Source of the DNA: an uncultured Acidobacteriota bacterium
Lineage (GTDB): Bacteria > Acidobacteriota > Terriglobia > Bryobacterales > Bryobacteraceae
DNA: 64,000 nt
Reading direction: 5' to 3'
NCBI GenBank assembly: GCA_902826685.1
Contig: CADEFT010000012.1
Span: 104,979 to 168,978, forward strand
Shown here: in pieces, positions 9,256 to 18,557 of the stretch
Position numbering within the stretch: the first letter of the stretch is position 1
Layout: the number at the start of each line of letters is the position of its first letter
Made by a program: the position numbers and the translations under genes
Notes under the pieces: model-generated
Databases searched by the model: none
What the model was told of the DNA's origin: nothing
Seen by the model: the letters and a program-made list of their open reading frames with translations, nothing else

Positions 9256-11340
9256 ATGCGCGCCGCCCGCCTGATTCTGGTTCTGGCATCGGCGTGTGCG
9301 GCGATGGGCGCGGATCTATGGTCGCTGCAGCCGGTGCGCAAGCCGCCGGTGGAAGGAGCCGATGCGATCGATGGCCTGATCCGGGCGCGGTTGGCGAAAG
9401 AGAAACTCGCGCCGTCGCCCGAAGCGCCGAGACACGTGCTGCTGCGCCGGTTGTCGCTCGATCTCACGGGTTTGCCGCCAACGCCCGCGGAGATGGCGGC
9501 GTTTCTGGCGGATGGTTCGCCCGGCGCCTGGGCGCGTCAGATCGACCGTCTTTTGAAATCGCCGCACTACGGCGAGAAGTGGGGCCGCCACTGGCTCGAT
9601 CAGGCGCGATACGCCGACTCGGATGGATTCCGCGCCGACCGTTTCCGTCCGCACGCCTGGCGCTACCGGCAATGGGTGATTGACGCGCTGAATCGCGATC
9701 TGCCGTTTGACCAGTTCACCATCGATCAGATCGCCGGCGACCTGGTGCCGAACGGTTCCACCGATCAGCGCATTGCCACCGGATTTCATCGCAATACGCT
9801 GACCAATCGCGAAGGCGGCATCGACTCCGAGCAGTTCCGGATCGAGCAGGTGATCGACCGCACCAACACGACCGGTACCGTCTGGCTGGGACTCACCGCC
9901 GGCTGCGCGCAGTGTCACGACCACAAGTACGATCCCATCAGCCAACGCGACTATTACCGGCTGTTTGCGTTTTTCAACGAAGCCGACGAAGACCAGATGG
10001 ATGCGCCCATGCCCGGCGAGTTGGGCCCGCACCTGCGCCTGCGTCCGGCCTACGACGCGCGGCGGCGCGAGTTGCTTAACGGCGCGAACGTTCCGGCGCT
10101 GCAGGCGGAGTGGGAGCGGGGAATGCTTGAAGCGGCGGCGAATCCGGGGAGGAAGCTCGACTGGGATCACGCCTTCGACGACCTGCGGACCGATTGCGAG
10201 GATGGCGAGAAGATTCTGCGCACGCCGGCCGGGGCACGCACGCGGCGGCAGGCCAAGATCCTTGCCGACTACTTCCTTGCGAACTACTCTCGCGTGATCA
10301 GTAAGGAACGGAAAGAAGAGCTGAAGTTCGATGCGTTGGCAAAGCAACTGCGCGAACTCGACGGTACTCTGCCGCCGTTGAGCGAGGCGGCGGTGCTGCG
10401 GGCCTTCGACCGTAAGAGCCACGTTCTGAGTCGGGGCGATTTCAAGCAGCCGGGCGCGGCGGTGGATCCCGGCACTCCATCGGCTCTGCCGCCGCTCGAT
10501 GCGGCGGGCCCGCGCGCCACACGGCTCGATCTGGCGCGCTGGCTCGTGAGCCGGTCGAATCCGCTGACGGCCCGCGTGGTCGTGAATCGCGTGTGGCAGG
10601 AATATTTTGGGCGCGGCCTGGTGCGCACGTCTGAGAATTTCGGCAACCAGGGCGAACTGCCAACGCATCCGGAGCTGCTCGATTGGCTGGCGGCTGAATT
10701 CATGGATGGTGGCTGGAGTTTGAAGCGTCTCCATCGGCTCATCGTTTCCTCCGCCGCGTACCGGCAGTCGTCGGCGGTCCCTGAGGAACTGGCCGCGCGC
10801 GATCCGGAGAACAAATTGCTCGCCCGGCAGTCGAGGCTGCGCTTGAGCGCGGAGGCGATTCGCGATAGCGCGCTCGCCGTGAGCGGCCTGCTGTCGGCGG
10901 AGGTGGGAGGGCCCAGCGTGCGGCCGGCTCAACCGCAAGGGGCCGGCAAGGACTGGAAGGAAAGCGCGGGCCGCGATCGCTATCGCCGCGGGCTCTACAT
11001 TCAACTGAACCGCACGGCGCCGTATCCGCTGCTGGTGAACTTCGACGCTCCGAACGGTTACGGGGCCGTTTGCCGGCGTAATCGCTCGAACACGCCGCTG
11101 CAGGCTTTGAACCTGTTGAACGATCCGGTGTTCGTCGAGGCGGCTCGCGCTCTGGCCGCGCGCACAGAGGCCGAGGGCGGCCGTTTGGATCGGATCTTCG
11201 AGCTTTGCCTCGGCCGCAAACCCGCCAACGACGAACGCGAGTGGCTGCTCACCTATTGGAGCAGCCAGCCCGAAGCCATGGCCTGGACGGGAGTGGCAAG
11301 CGTGGTAATGAACATGGATGAGTTCCTGACGCGCGAGTAA
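9256..11340 (+). CDS. DUF1549/DUF1553 (PSD1-type) protein without an N-terminal cytochrome c domain
   Basis: ATG 9256 chosen (signal peptide MRAARLILVLASACAAMGA). The upstream part of the ORF is antisense to the PmoA-like gene. Motifs: LSLDLTGLPPTPAE, SPHYGEKWGRHWLD, CAQCHDHKYDP, NRVWQEYFGRGLV, HPELLDWLA. Confidence 0.85.
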   Translation: MRAARLILVLASACAAMGADLWSLQPVRKPPVEGADAIDGLIRARLAKEKLAPSPEAPRHVLLRRLSLDLTGLPPTPAEMAAFLADGSPGAWARQIDRLLKSPHYGEKWGRHWLDQARYADSDGFRADRFRPHAWRYRQWVIDALNRDLPFDQFTIDQIAGDLVPNGSTDQRIATGFHRNTLTNREGGIDSEQFRIEQVIDRTNTTGTVWLGLTAGCAQCHDHKYDPISQRDYYRLFAFFNEADEDQMDAPMPGELGPHLRLRPAYDARRRELLNGANVPALQAEWERGMLEAAANPGRKLDWDHAFDDLRTDCEDGEKILRTPAGARTRRQAKILADYFLANYSRVISKERKEELKFDALAKQLRELDGTLPPLSEAAVLRAFDRKSHVLSRGDFKQPGAAVDPGTPSALPPLDAAGPRATRLDLARWLVSRSNPLTARVVVNRVWQEYFGRGLVRTSENFGNQGELPTHPELLDWLAAEFMDGGWSLKRLHRLIVSSAAYRQSSAVPEELAARDPENKLLARQSRLRLSAEAIRDSALAVSGLLSAEVGGPSVRPAQPQGAGKDWKESAGRDRYRRGLYIQLNRTAPYPLLVNFDAPNGYGAVCRRNRSNTPLQALNLLNDPVFVEAARALAARTEAEGGRLDRIFELCLGRKPANDEREWLLTYWSSQPEAMAWTGVASVVMNMDEFLTRE

Positions 11341-11344
11341 TGCC

Positions 11345-12736
11345 ATGAGAAACCGCCGTCAATTCTTGCAAGCAGCTTCGGGGTTCGGCGGTCTGGCGCT
11401 CGCCGACCTGATGGCGGCGGAAGCGAATCCGCTCGCGCCGAAGCCGCCGCACTTCCCGGCTACGGCTCGTAGCGTCATCTTCCTCTTCATGCCGGGTGGG
11501 CCGAGCCAGATCGACCTGCTGGACCCGAAGCCCGAACTTCGCAAGTGGCATGGCAAGCCGCTTCCATCGCCGGCGACGAAGGATTTGAAGCTGGCGTTCA
11601 TCAAGCCGAATGCAAACGCGGTGGCGAGCCCGTGCACATTTTCGCGCCACGGCCAGTCGGGCGCCGAGTTTTCCGATCTGCTGCCAAACCTCGCCGGGCA
11701 AGCCGACAATCTTTGCGTCGTGCGCAGCCTGCATACCGATGCGTTCAATCACGATCCGGGCGAATTGATGCTGATGACCGGGTCGATGCAATTCGGCCGT
11801 CCGTCGATGGGGGCGTGGGTGTCGTATGGACTCGGCAGCGAGTCTCGCGACCTGCCGGGGTTTGTCGTGCTCAGTTCGGGCACCGGCCCGAGCGCCGGAT
11901 CGAACGACTGGTCGAACGGCTTTCTGCCGTCGGCGTATCAGGGCACTCCGTTTCGCGGGTCGGGCGATCCCATTCTTTATCTTTCCAATCCCGAAGGATT
12001 CACGGCTCCGATGCAGCGCGCGCGATTGGACGTGCTGCGCCGCCTCAATGAGAAGCATCGCCGCGACAGCGGAGATGCGGAGATCGACGCCCGCATCGCG
12101 TCTTATGAACTGGCGTTCCGGATGCAGATGGCCGCGCCGGAGCTTTTGGATCTCGCCAAGGAGCCAAAGGCGGTGCTCGACCGGTATGGCGTGGGGCGCG
12201 AACCGACGCATCAATATGGATTGCACTGCCTGCTGGCACGGCGAATGGTGGAGCGCGGCGTGCGCTTCATTCTGGTTTCTCACGGCAGTTGGGACGACCA
12301 CAACGACATCGACAAGAACCTGCGCAAGAACTGCGAGATCACCGATCAACCGGCCGCCGCGCTGATCGCCGATCTGAAGCAGCGTGGCCTGCTCGATTCC
12401 ACGCTGGTGATCTGGGGCGGTGAGTTCGGGCGCACCCCCATGACGCAGCAGCAGCGGCCCGATATCGGTTACGGGCGCGACCATCATCCGAACGCCTACA
12501 GCATGTGGCTGGCTGGCGGAGGCATGCGGGCGGGCGCAACGGTGGGCCGCACCGATGATCTTGGGCTTGAAGCGGTGGAAGATCCGATCCACATTCACGA
12601 CCTGCAGGCGACGCTTCTGCACACTCTCGGATTCGACCACACCAAGCTGACCTATTTTCATTCCGGGCGGAACTTCCGGCTCACCGACGTCGAAGGCAAG
12701 GTAGTGTCAAAGCTACTCAAGAAGGGGGCGGCATGA
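11345..12736 (+). CDS. DUF1501-family (sulfatase/phosphatase-fold) Tat-signal protein
   Basis: 463 aa. Tat signal MRNRRQFLQAASGFGGLALA. Motifs PGGPSQIDLLDPKP, FNHDPG, GGEFGRTP and GRDHHP. It starts 5 nt after the DUF1553 stop. Confidence 0.85.
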   Translation: MRNRRQFLQAASGFGGLALADLMAAEANPLAPKPPHFPATARSVIFLFMPGGPSQIDLLDPKPELRKWHGKPLPSPATKDLKLAFIKPNANAVASPCTFSRHGQSGAEFSDLLPNLAGQADNLCVVRSLHTDAFNHDPGELMLMTGSMQFGRPSMGAWVSYGLGSESRDLPGFVVLSSGTGPSAGSNDWSNGFLPSAYQGTPFRGSGDPILYLSNPEGFTAPMQRARLDVLRRLNEKHRRDSGDAEIDARIASYELAFRMQMAAPELLDLAKEPKAVLDRYGVGREPTHQYGLHCLLARRMVERGVRFILVSHGSWDDHNDIDKNLRKNCEITDQPAAALIADLKQRGLLDSTLVIWGGEFGRTPMTQQQRPDIGYGRDHHPNAYSMWLAGGGMRAGATVGRTDDLGLEAVEDPIHIHDLQATLLHTLGFDHTKLTYFHSGRNFRLTDVEGKVVSKLLKKGAA

Positions 12737-15234
12737 AGGTGTCGCTGCTTCTTCTTTGGGTTTTGCCTGCGGCGGCGGCCATCGATTTCACACGCGATGT
12801 CGAGCCGATTCTGGCCGCGCGCTGTCACTCCTGCCATGGAGCGCGGACGCAGATGAAAAATCTGCGTCTCGACAGCCGCGAGGACGCGCTGCGGGTTCTA
12901 TCGCCCGGCAAAAGTGCGGAGAGTCTACTGGTACGCATGGTGTCAGGCGCCGAGGAGAAACGCATCATGCCACCGGTGGGCGCCAGGCTGACCGCGGAGG
13001 AAGTCGAGCGGCTGCGCCGGTGGATCGACGAAGGCGCTGTTTGGCCGAAGTCGGCGGCGGCCGGTGCGGCGAAGGCCGGACACTGGTCCCTGCAGCCGGT
13101 AAGCCGCCCGGCGCCGCCCAACACCCGGAATCGTATTTGGGCGCGAAACGAAGTGGACCGCTTCATTCTGGCGCGGCTTGAGCGCGAGGGCTGGGAGCCG
13201 TCGCCTGAGGCGGCGAAGACGACGCTGATCCGCCGCGTGTCGCTCGATCTCACCGGGCTTCCTCCCGCGCCGCGCGAAGTGGCGGAGTTTCTGGGAGACA
13301 ATCGCGCGGACGCTTACGAGCGTTTGGTGGACCGGCTGCTCGAGTCTCCTCATTACGGCGAGCGATGGGCGCGTCAGTGGCTCGATCTGGCCCGCTACGC
13401 CGATAGCGACGGCTATGAGAAAGACTACGTGCGGCCGCATGCCTGGCGGTGGAGGCATTGGGTGATCGGCGCGTTGAACGCCGACATGCCGTTCGACCGG
13501 TTCACGATCGAGCAGATTGCCGGCGATCTGCTGCCGGAGGCGACGGTCGATCAACGGATCGCCACCGGGTTCCATCGCAATACGCTGACCAATCGCGAAG
13601 GCGGCGTGAACAACGAGCAGTTTCGCGTGGAGCAGGTGATGGACCGCGCGGCGACGGTGGGCACGGTATGGCTGGGGCTCACGTTTGGATGCGCGCAGTG
13701 CCACGACCACAAATACGATCCGATCGCGCAGAAGGACTTCTACCGGCTGTTTGCGTTCTTCAACCCGGCGGGCGAGTTGGATATCGACGCCCCGCTCGAC
13801 GGAGAGATGGGTCCTTATTTGGCGGCGCTTCCCGAATATCGCCGCAACCGTGAAGCGTTATTGGCCGAATACGGCGTCGCGAAGTATCAACCGGCGTGGG
13901 AAGCGCGAATGAAAGAGGCACGCGAGTTTCCGGGCAAGTGGACCGATTGGGATCACGCGCTGGATGCGTTGACCAAGTACCTGGACAACGCCCTGCGAAT
14001 TCTGGATACGCCACCTGCGAAACGAACCCAAAAGCAGACCGACGCCATGACGGACCACTTCGTCCAGAACTACCACCGGGTGATCGGTAAGGACGAATGG
14101 AAGCAACTCAAATTCACCGAGCTTCGCAAGAAGCTGCGCGAGCTGCGCGGCGGCTTTCCGGCGCTAAGCGAGGCACCGGTGCTGGTGGAAGAGGCGCCGC
14201 GCCGGTCGCATGTGCTGGTGCGCGGCGATTGGAAAAAGCCGGGAGCGGCGGTGGAGCCAGTTGTACCTGGATTCCTGCATCCCGGGCCTGCGGATGCCGC
14301 GCCTTCGCGGCTGACGCTGGCTCGATGGCTGGTGTCGCCTGAGAATCCATTGACGGCGCGCGTGACGGTCAATCGCGTGTGGCAGGAGTTGTTCGGGCGC
14401 GGTCTGGTGCGGACGTCCGACGATTTCGGCGCGCAGGGAGAGAAGCCATCGCATCCGGAGCTGCTCGACTGGCTGGCGGCGCGTTTCCTGGATACGGACT
14501 GGAAGCGCAAGGCGCTGATCCGGCTGATCGTCACGTCGGCGGCGTACCGGCAGTCGTCGAATGCGCGGGCTGAAATCGACGCGCGCGATCCCGGCAACGC
14601 CCTGCTCTCTCATCAATCTCGGTTGCGGCTGCCCGCCGAGCTGATTCGGGATTCGGCGCTGCACGTGAGTGAACTGCTGTATCCGGCCATCGGCGGGCGC
14701 AGCGTGCGGCCTCCGTTGCCAAAGGGCGTGATGGATCTGGCCTACGGCACCGACGTTGGTTGGAACGAAGATATGGGCCGCGAGCGGTACCGGCGCGGAC
14801 TTTACATCCACTTCCAGCGCACGGTGCCTTATCCGCAGTTGATGAATTTCGATGCGCCGGACGCGGCGGTGGCGGCGTGCAGGCGCGAGCGCTCGAACAC
14901 ACCGTTGCAGGCGTTGAATCTTCTGAACGACCCGGTGTTCGTGGAATCGGCGCAAGGTTTGGCCGCGCGGCTGCTGCGGGAGACGCCCGGGCGGGATGCG
15001 GCATCACGGGCCGTGCATCTGTTCCAGCTTTGCCTTAGCCGGGAACCTGGCCGGCGGGAGGCGGAGTTCCTCACGGATTCCTATCGCCAGCAGGCGGCGC
15101 TATTTGAGAAGAACACCGCCGCGGCGGCGTTCTTTCCGCTCGAAATTCCCGGCGTGGCGCGGACGGATGCGGCGGCCTGGACGGCCGTGGCCAGCGCCAT
15201 TCTGAACCTGGACGAATTCATCACGCGTGAGTAA
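12733..15234 (+). CDS. PSCyt1 (planctomycete-type cytochrome c) + DUF1549 + DUF1553 protein
   Basis: 833 aa. Its ATG overlaps the upstream TGA (ATGA). CxxCH CHSCH at 12823-12837 with a downstream MPP, then the same DUF1549/DUF1553 motifs as the 9256 gene (SPHYGERWARQWLD, CAQCHDHKYDP, NRVWQELFGRGLV). Confidence 0.9.
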   Translation: MKVSLLLLWVLPAAAAIDFTRDVEPILAARCHSCHGARTQMKNLRLDSREDALRVLSPGKSAESLLVRMVSGAEEKRIMPPVGARLTAEEVERLRRWIDEGAVWPKSAAAGAAKAGHWSLQPVSRPAPPNTRNRIWARNEVDRFILARLEREGWEPSPEAAKTTLIRRVSLDLTGLPPAPREVAEFLGDNRADAYERLVDRLLESPHYGERWARQWLDLARYADSDGYEKDYVRPHAWRWRHWVIGALNADMPFDRFTIEQIAGDLLPEATVDQRIATGFHRNTLTNREGGVNNEQFRVEQVMDRAATVGTVWLGLTFGCAQCHDHKYDPIAQKDFYRLFAFFNPAGELDIDAPLDGEMGPYLAALPEYRRNREALLAEYGVAKYQPAWEARMKEAREFPGKWTDWDHALDALTKYLDNALRILDTPPAKRTQKQTDAMTDHFVQNYHRVIGKDEWKQLKFTELRKKLRELRGGFPALSEAPVLVEEAPRRSHVLVRGDWKKPGAAVEPVVPGFLHPGPADAAPSRLTLARWLVSPENPLTARVTVNRVWQELFGRGLVRTSDDFGAQGEKPSHPELLDWLAARFLDTDWKRKALIRLIVTSAAYRQSSNARAEIDARDPGNALLSHQSRLRLPAELIRDSALHVSELLYPAIGGRSVRPPLPKGVMDLAYGTDVGWNEDMGRERYRRGLYIHFQRTVPYPQLMNFDAPDAAVAACRRERSNTPLQALNLLNDPVFVESAQGLAARLLRETPGRDAASRAVHLFQLCLSREPGRREAEFLTDSYRQQAALFEKNTAAAAFFPLEIPGVARTDAAAWTAVASAILNLDEFITRE

Positions 15235-15238
15235 TTCC

Positions 15239-16603
15239 ATGGACCCCACACGGCGCGCCTTCTTTCATTCCTTCAGCGGCATGCTTGGCGCCGCGGCGCT
15301 CGGCGATCTGCTGGCGCCGAAAAAGCCTCACTTTCCGGCCAAAGCGAAGAACGTCATCTTTTTCTTCCAGGCCGGCGGGCCGAGCCACATCGACCTTTAC
15401 GATCCGAAGCCGGCGTTGCGAAAGTGGCACGGACAGCCGCTGCCGGAGTCGATGACCAAGGATCTGAACTTCGTCTTTGTGAAACCGGACGCCAAGGTGT
15501 TGGGCAGCGAGCGCGTCTTCAAGCCGCATGGGCGCTCCGGCATCGAGTTTTCCGATTACATCCCGCACATCGCCGCCAACGCCGACGACATCTGCCTGGT
15601 GCGTTCGATGCACACCGAGGCATTCAATCATCATCCGGGCCAGGCGATGCTGTTCACCGGATCGACGCAGTTCGGCAGGCCGACGGCGGGCGCGTGGGTG
15701 TCCTATGGATTGGGCAGCGAGTCGCGCGATATGCCGGCGTTCGTAGTCTTAAGTTCGGGCAACGGGGCAAGCGGCGGGTCGACGAACTGGGCGAGCGGAT
15801 TTCTGCCCTCCACCTATGCCGGAACGGTGTTTCGAAATTCGGGCGAGCCCATCCTTTATCTGCCGGACCCGCCCGGCGTGTCGCGGGAAACGCAGCGTGC
15901 CCGGCTCGACCTGATTCGCAAGCTGAACGAGGAACGCCAGTACGACACCGGCGATTCTTCGATCGCCAGCCGCATCGAGTCCTATGAGCTGGCGTTCCGG
16001 ATGCAATCGGCCGCGCCGCAGTTCCTCGATTTTTCCAAGGAATCGGCGAAGACGCTGGAGGATTACGGAGTCAACACCGAACCCATGCGTCCGTATGCGG
16101 TGAACTGCCTGCTGGCGCGGCGCATGGTGGAACGGGGCGTGCGATTCGTGATGCTTTCACACGCCAGTTGGGACGATCATCAGGAGTTGAACCGCAAGCT
16201 GAAGAAGAATTGCGACATCACCGATCGGCCCATCGGAGCGCTGATCCGCGATTTGAAGCAGCGTGGGCTGCTCGATTCCACGTTGTTGATCTGGGCCGGC
16301 GAGTTTGGCCGCACACCGATGGGCCAACTGGAACGGATCGACGAAGATCCCGGCCGCGATCATCATCCCAACTGCTTTAGCGCCTGGGCGGCGGGTGGCG
16401 GGATCAAGGGCGGGCAGGCGGTGGGAAAGACCGACGATCTCGGGCTGCGCGTCGCCGAAGATCCCGTGCACATCCACGACCTGCAGGCCACGATGCTGCA
16501 CTGCCTGGGGCTCGAACACACACGCCTGACCTACCGTCACATGGGCCGCGATTTCCGGTTGACCGACGTTGGCGGCCAAGTAGTGAAACGAATGCTCGCA
16601 TGA
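15239..16603 (+). CDS. DUF1501-family Tat-signal protein (paralog of 11345-12736)
   Basis: ATG 15239 (MDPTRRAFFHSF) is preferred over GTG 15227. Motifs AGGPSHIDLYDPKP, FNHHPG, GEFGRTP and GRDHHP. Confidence 0.85.
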   Translation: MDPTRRAFFHSFSGMLGAAALGDLLAPKKPHFPAKAKNVIFFFQAGGPSHIDLYDPKPALRKWHGQPLPESMTKDLNFVFVKPDAKVLGSERVFKPHGRSGIEFSDYIPHIAANADDICLVRSMHTEAFNHHPGQAMLFTGSTQFGRPTAGAWVSYGLGSESRDMPAFVVLSSGNGASGGSTNWASGFLPSTYAGTVFRNSGEPILYLPDPPGVSRETQRARLDLIRKLNEERQYDTGDSSIASRIESYELAFRMQSAAPQFLDFSKESAKTLEDYGVNTEPMRPYAVNCLLARRMVERGVRFVMLSHASWDDHQELNRKLKKNCDITDRPIGALIRDLKQRGLLDSTLLIWAGEFGRTPMGQLERIDEDPGRDHHPNCFSAWAAGGGIKGGQAVGKTDDLGLRVAEDPVHIHDLQATMLHCLGLEHTRLTYRHMGRDFRLTDVGGQVVKRMLA

Positions 16604-17655
16604 CAAATTTGAAAACAGCACGAAGGAAATTTCTCGCCGGCAGCCTGGCGGCAACCACCATGAGCAATGCACCGGCATCGACACGGGGCTCGCGTATCGA
16701 CTCGCAGAGCCACTTGTTCTCGGAGGAGTTTCTGAAACTTCTCGAGAAGCGCAAGACGTCGCCCTATGTCTACCGCAAGGGCGAGGAACGCTATGTGGTG
16801 GTGGGCGAATGGCACCGGCGGCTTATGCCAAAGCACACCGACGCGGCGGCCAAGATCGCCGATATGGACAAGGCCGGCGTGGCGATGACGGCACTTAGCA
16901 TCAACGATCCGGGTCCTGAACTGTTCGGAAAGGATTCGACGGCGATGGCGGCGATGCTGAACGATTTCATCGCCGATACGGTGCGGCAGCACCCGAAGCG
17001 TTTCTTCGGCCTGGCGACGCTGCCGTTTCATTCGCCGGAGGCGATGTTGAAGGAGTTTGACCGCGCCATCGGCAAGCTGGGGATGAAGGGCATTCTGCTC
17101 TATTCGAATCTCGACGGCCGGTTTCCGGACGAGCCGGAGTACCGTCCTCTCTATGCCGAAGCCGAGCGCCGGGGAGTGCCCATCCTGCTGCATCCGGCGC
17201 TGCCGATGACTTATACCGCCGTGAGCGGCTATCAGATGGCGCCGATGCTGGGCTTGATGTTCGACACCACCATCGCGCTCTGCCGCCTGATTCTTTCCGG
17301 CGTGCTCGACAAGCACCCGGACCTGAAACTGGTCTGTCCGCATGTGGGCGGGGCGCTGCCGTTCCTGATCGGCCGTGTGGATCATCAGACGATGGTGTTG
17401 AAACGGGGCGCGGAAAACATCCGCATGGCGCCGAGCGAGTATCTGAAGCGCGTCTATCTGGACACGGTGTCGCCGATTCCGATGGCGATCCGCTACGGCA
17501 TCGAATTCTCCGGCATCGACCGGATGCTGTATTCAAGCGATCATCCGTGGGTGGACCCTTCGCTGATCGCCGGTCACGTGGAAAGCCTGAAACTGCCGGC
17601 GGCCGATGAGGCGAAGGTTTTCTCGGGAAACGCCAGGAGGCTCTTCGGCCTATGA
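16600..17655 (+). CDS. Amidohydrolase_2-family (ACMSD / sugar-lactonase type) metal hydrolase with Tat-like signal
   Basis: 351 aa. ATGA overlap with the upstream stop. Signal TARRKFLAGSLAATTM. Motifs IDSQSHLF (metal His), ILLHPA, HVGGALP and YSSDHPW are typical of PF04909-type enzymes. Confidence 0.8.
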   Translation: MTNLKTARRKFLAGSLAATTMSNAPASTRGSRIDSQSHLFSEEFLKLLEKRKTSPYVYRKGEERYVVVGEWHRRLMPKHTDAAAKIADMDKAGVAMTALSINDPGPELFGKDSTAMAAMLNDFIADTVRQHPKRFFGLATLPFHSPEAMLKEFDRAIGKLGMKGILLYSNLDGRFPDEPEYRPLYAEAERRGVPILLHPALPMTYTAVSGYQMAPMLGLMFDTTIALCRLILSGVLDKHPDLKLVCPHVGGALPFLIGRVDHQTMVLKRGAENIRMAPSEYLKRVYLDTVSPIPMAIRYGIEFSGIDRMLYSSDHPWVDPSLIAGHVESLKLPAADEAKVFSGNARRLFGL

Positions 17656-18557
17656 TGGCGCGGCGCACTTTACTGGCGGCTCCGCTTGGGGTAGCGATGG
17701 CGAAGCCGAAGCCGTTTCGACTGGCGGTGTGCAGCGAGACGTTTCCAGGGCTTCCTTTCGCGAAGATGTGCGAGGCGGCGCGGCGCACGGGATATACGGG
17801 TCTTGAGATCGATCCATCGAATCTGGGCGGCGATCCGGCGGCGCTGCCGGCGGCCGGGCGCGCGGCGCTGCGTTCGGCGATGAAAGATGCCGGGCTCACC
17901 TTCTGCGGTCTGCATTCCTTTCTGAAGGCGCCCGCCGGGTTGCACCTCACGACGCCCGATGCGGCGGTGCGCGCGCGGACATGGGAATATTTCGGATCGC
18001 TCATCGACCTGGCGGCGGATCTCGGCCCGCATCCGGTGATGGTGCTCGGCTCGTCCAAGCAGCGGCAGGCGATCGATGGCGCCACCCCGGCCGACGCGGC
18101 GAAACGATTGCAAGAGGGGCTGAGGAAGGTGGCGCCACACGCGGCCGGGCGCGGCGTCACGATTCTGATGGAGCCGCTGGCTCCGCATCTGTGCAACGTG
18201 GTTCATACGATGGACGAGGCCGCGGCGATCGTGGAGGCGGTGAATAGCCCGGCGGTGCAGACCATGCTCGACACGCACAACACGGCGGGTGAAAACGCGC
18301 CACTGCCGGAAGTCATTCGCCAACACTTCCGCCGCATCCGGCACGTGCATTTGAACGAGCTCGATGGACGCTATCCCGGTGCGGGAAATTTCGCATTCGC
18401 GCCGGTGCTGCAAACGCTGCGCGATCTTGGCTACGCGGGATGGCTTTCGGTGGAAGTATTCGATTTCAAGCCCGATGGCGAGACCGTGGCCCGTCTCGCC
18501 GCCGGCCACATTCGAACGGTGGAAGCGGGCCTCAATTCCCCTAAAGGAGAGCGATAG
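17652..18557 (+). CDS. Sugar phosphate isomerase/epimerase (xylose isomerase-like TIM barrel), Tat-like signal
   Basis: 301 aa. ATGA overlap with the upstream stop. Signal MMARRTLLAAPLGVAMA. Motifs GYTGLEID, ILMEPL, HVHLNE and WLSVEVF. Confidence 0.8.
   Translation: MMARRTLLAAPLGVAMAKPKPFRLAVCSETFPGLPFAKMCEAARRTGYTGLEIDPSNLGGDPAALPAAGRAALRSAMKDAGLTFCGLHSFLKAPAGLHLTTPDAAVRARTWEYFGSLIDLAADLGPHPVMVLGSSKQRQAIDGATPADAAKRLQEGLRKVAPHAAGRGVTILMEPLAPHLCNVVHTMDEAAAIVEAVNSPAVQTMLDTHNTAGENAPLPEVIRQHFRRIRHVHLNELDGRYPGAGNFAFAPVLQTLRDLGYAGWLSVEVFDFKPDGETVARLAAGHIRTVEAGLNSPKGER

Noticed and set aside
9316-12661. 676-aa and 470-aa minus-strand ORFs opposite the DUF1553 and DUF1501 genes
   Set aside because: They are shadow ORFs. 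The plus-strand products share long conserved blocks with their tandem paralogs, which is strong evidence for the plus frame.
9256-16603. Tandem duplicated gene pairs as a mobile or composite element
   Set aside because: There is no transposase, integrase or terminal inverted/direct repeats, and the G+C looks like the rest of the region. Ordinary tandem gene duplication fits better.
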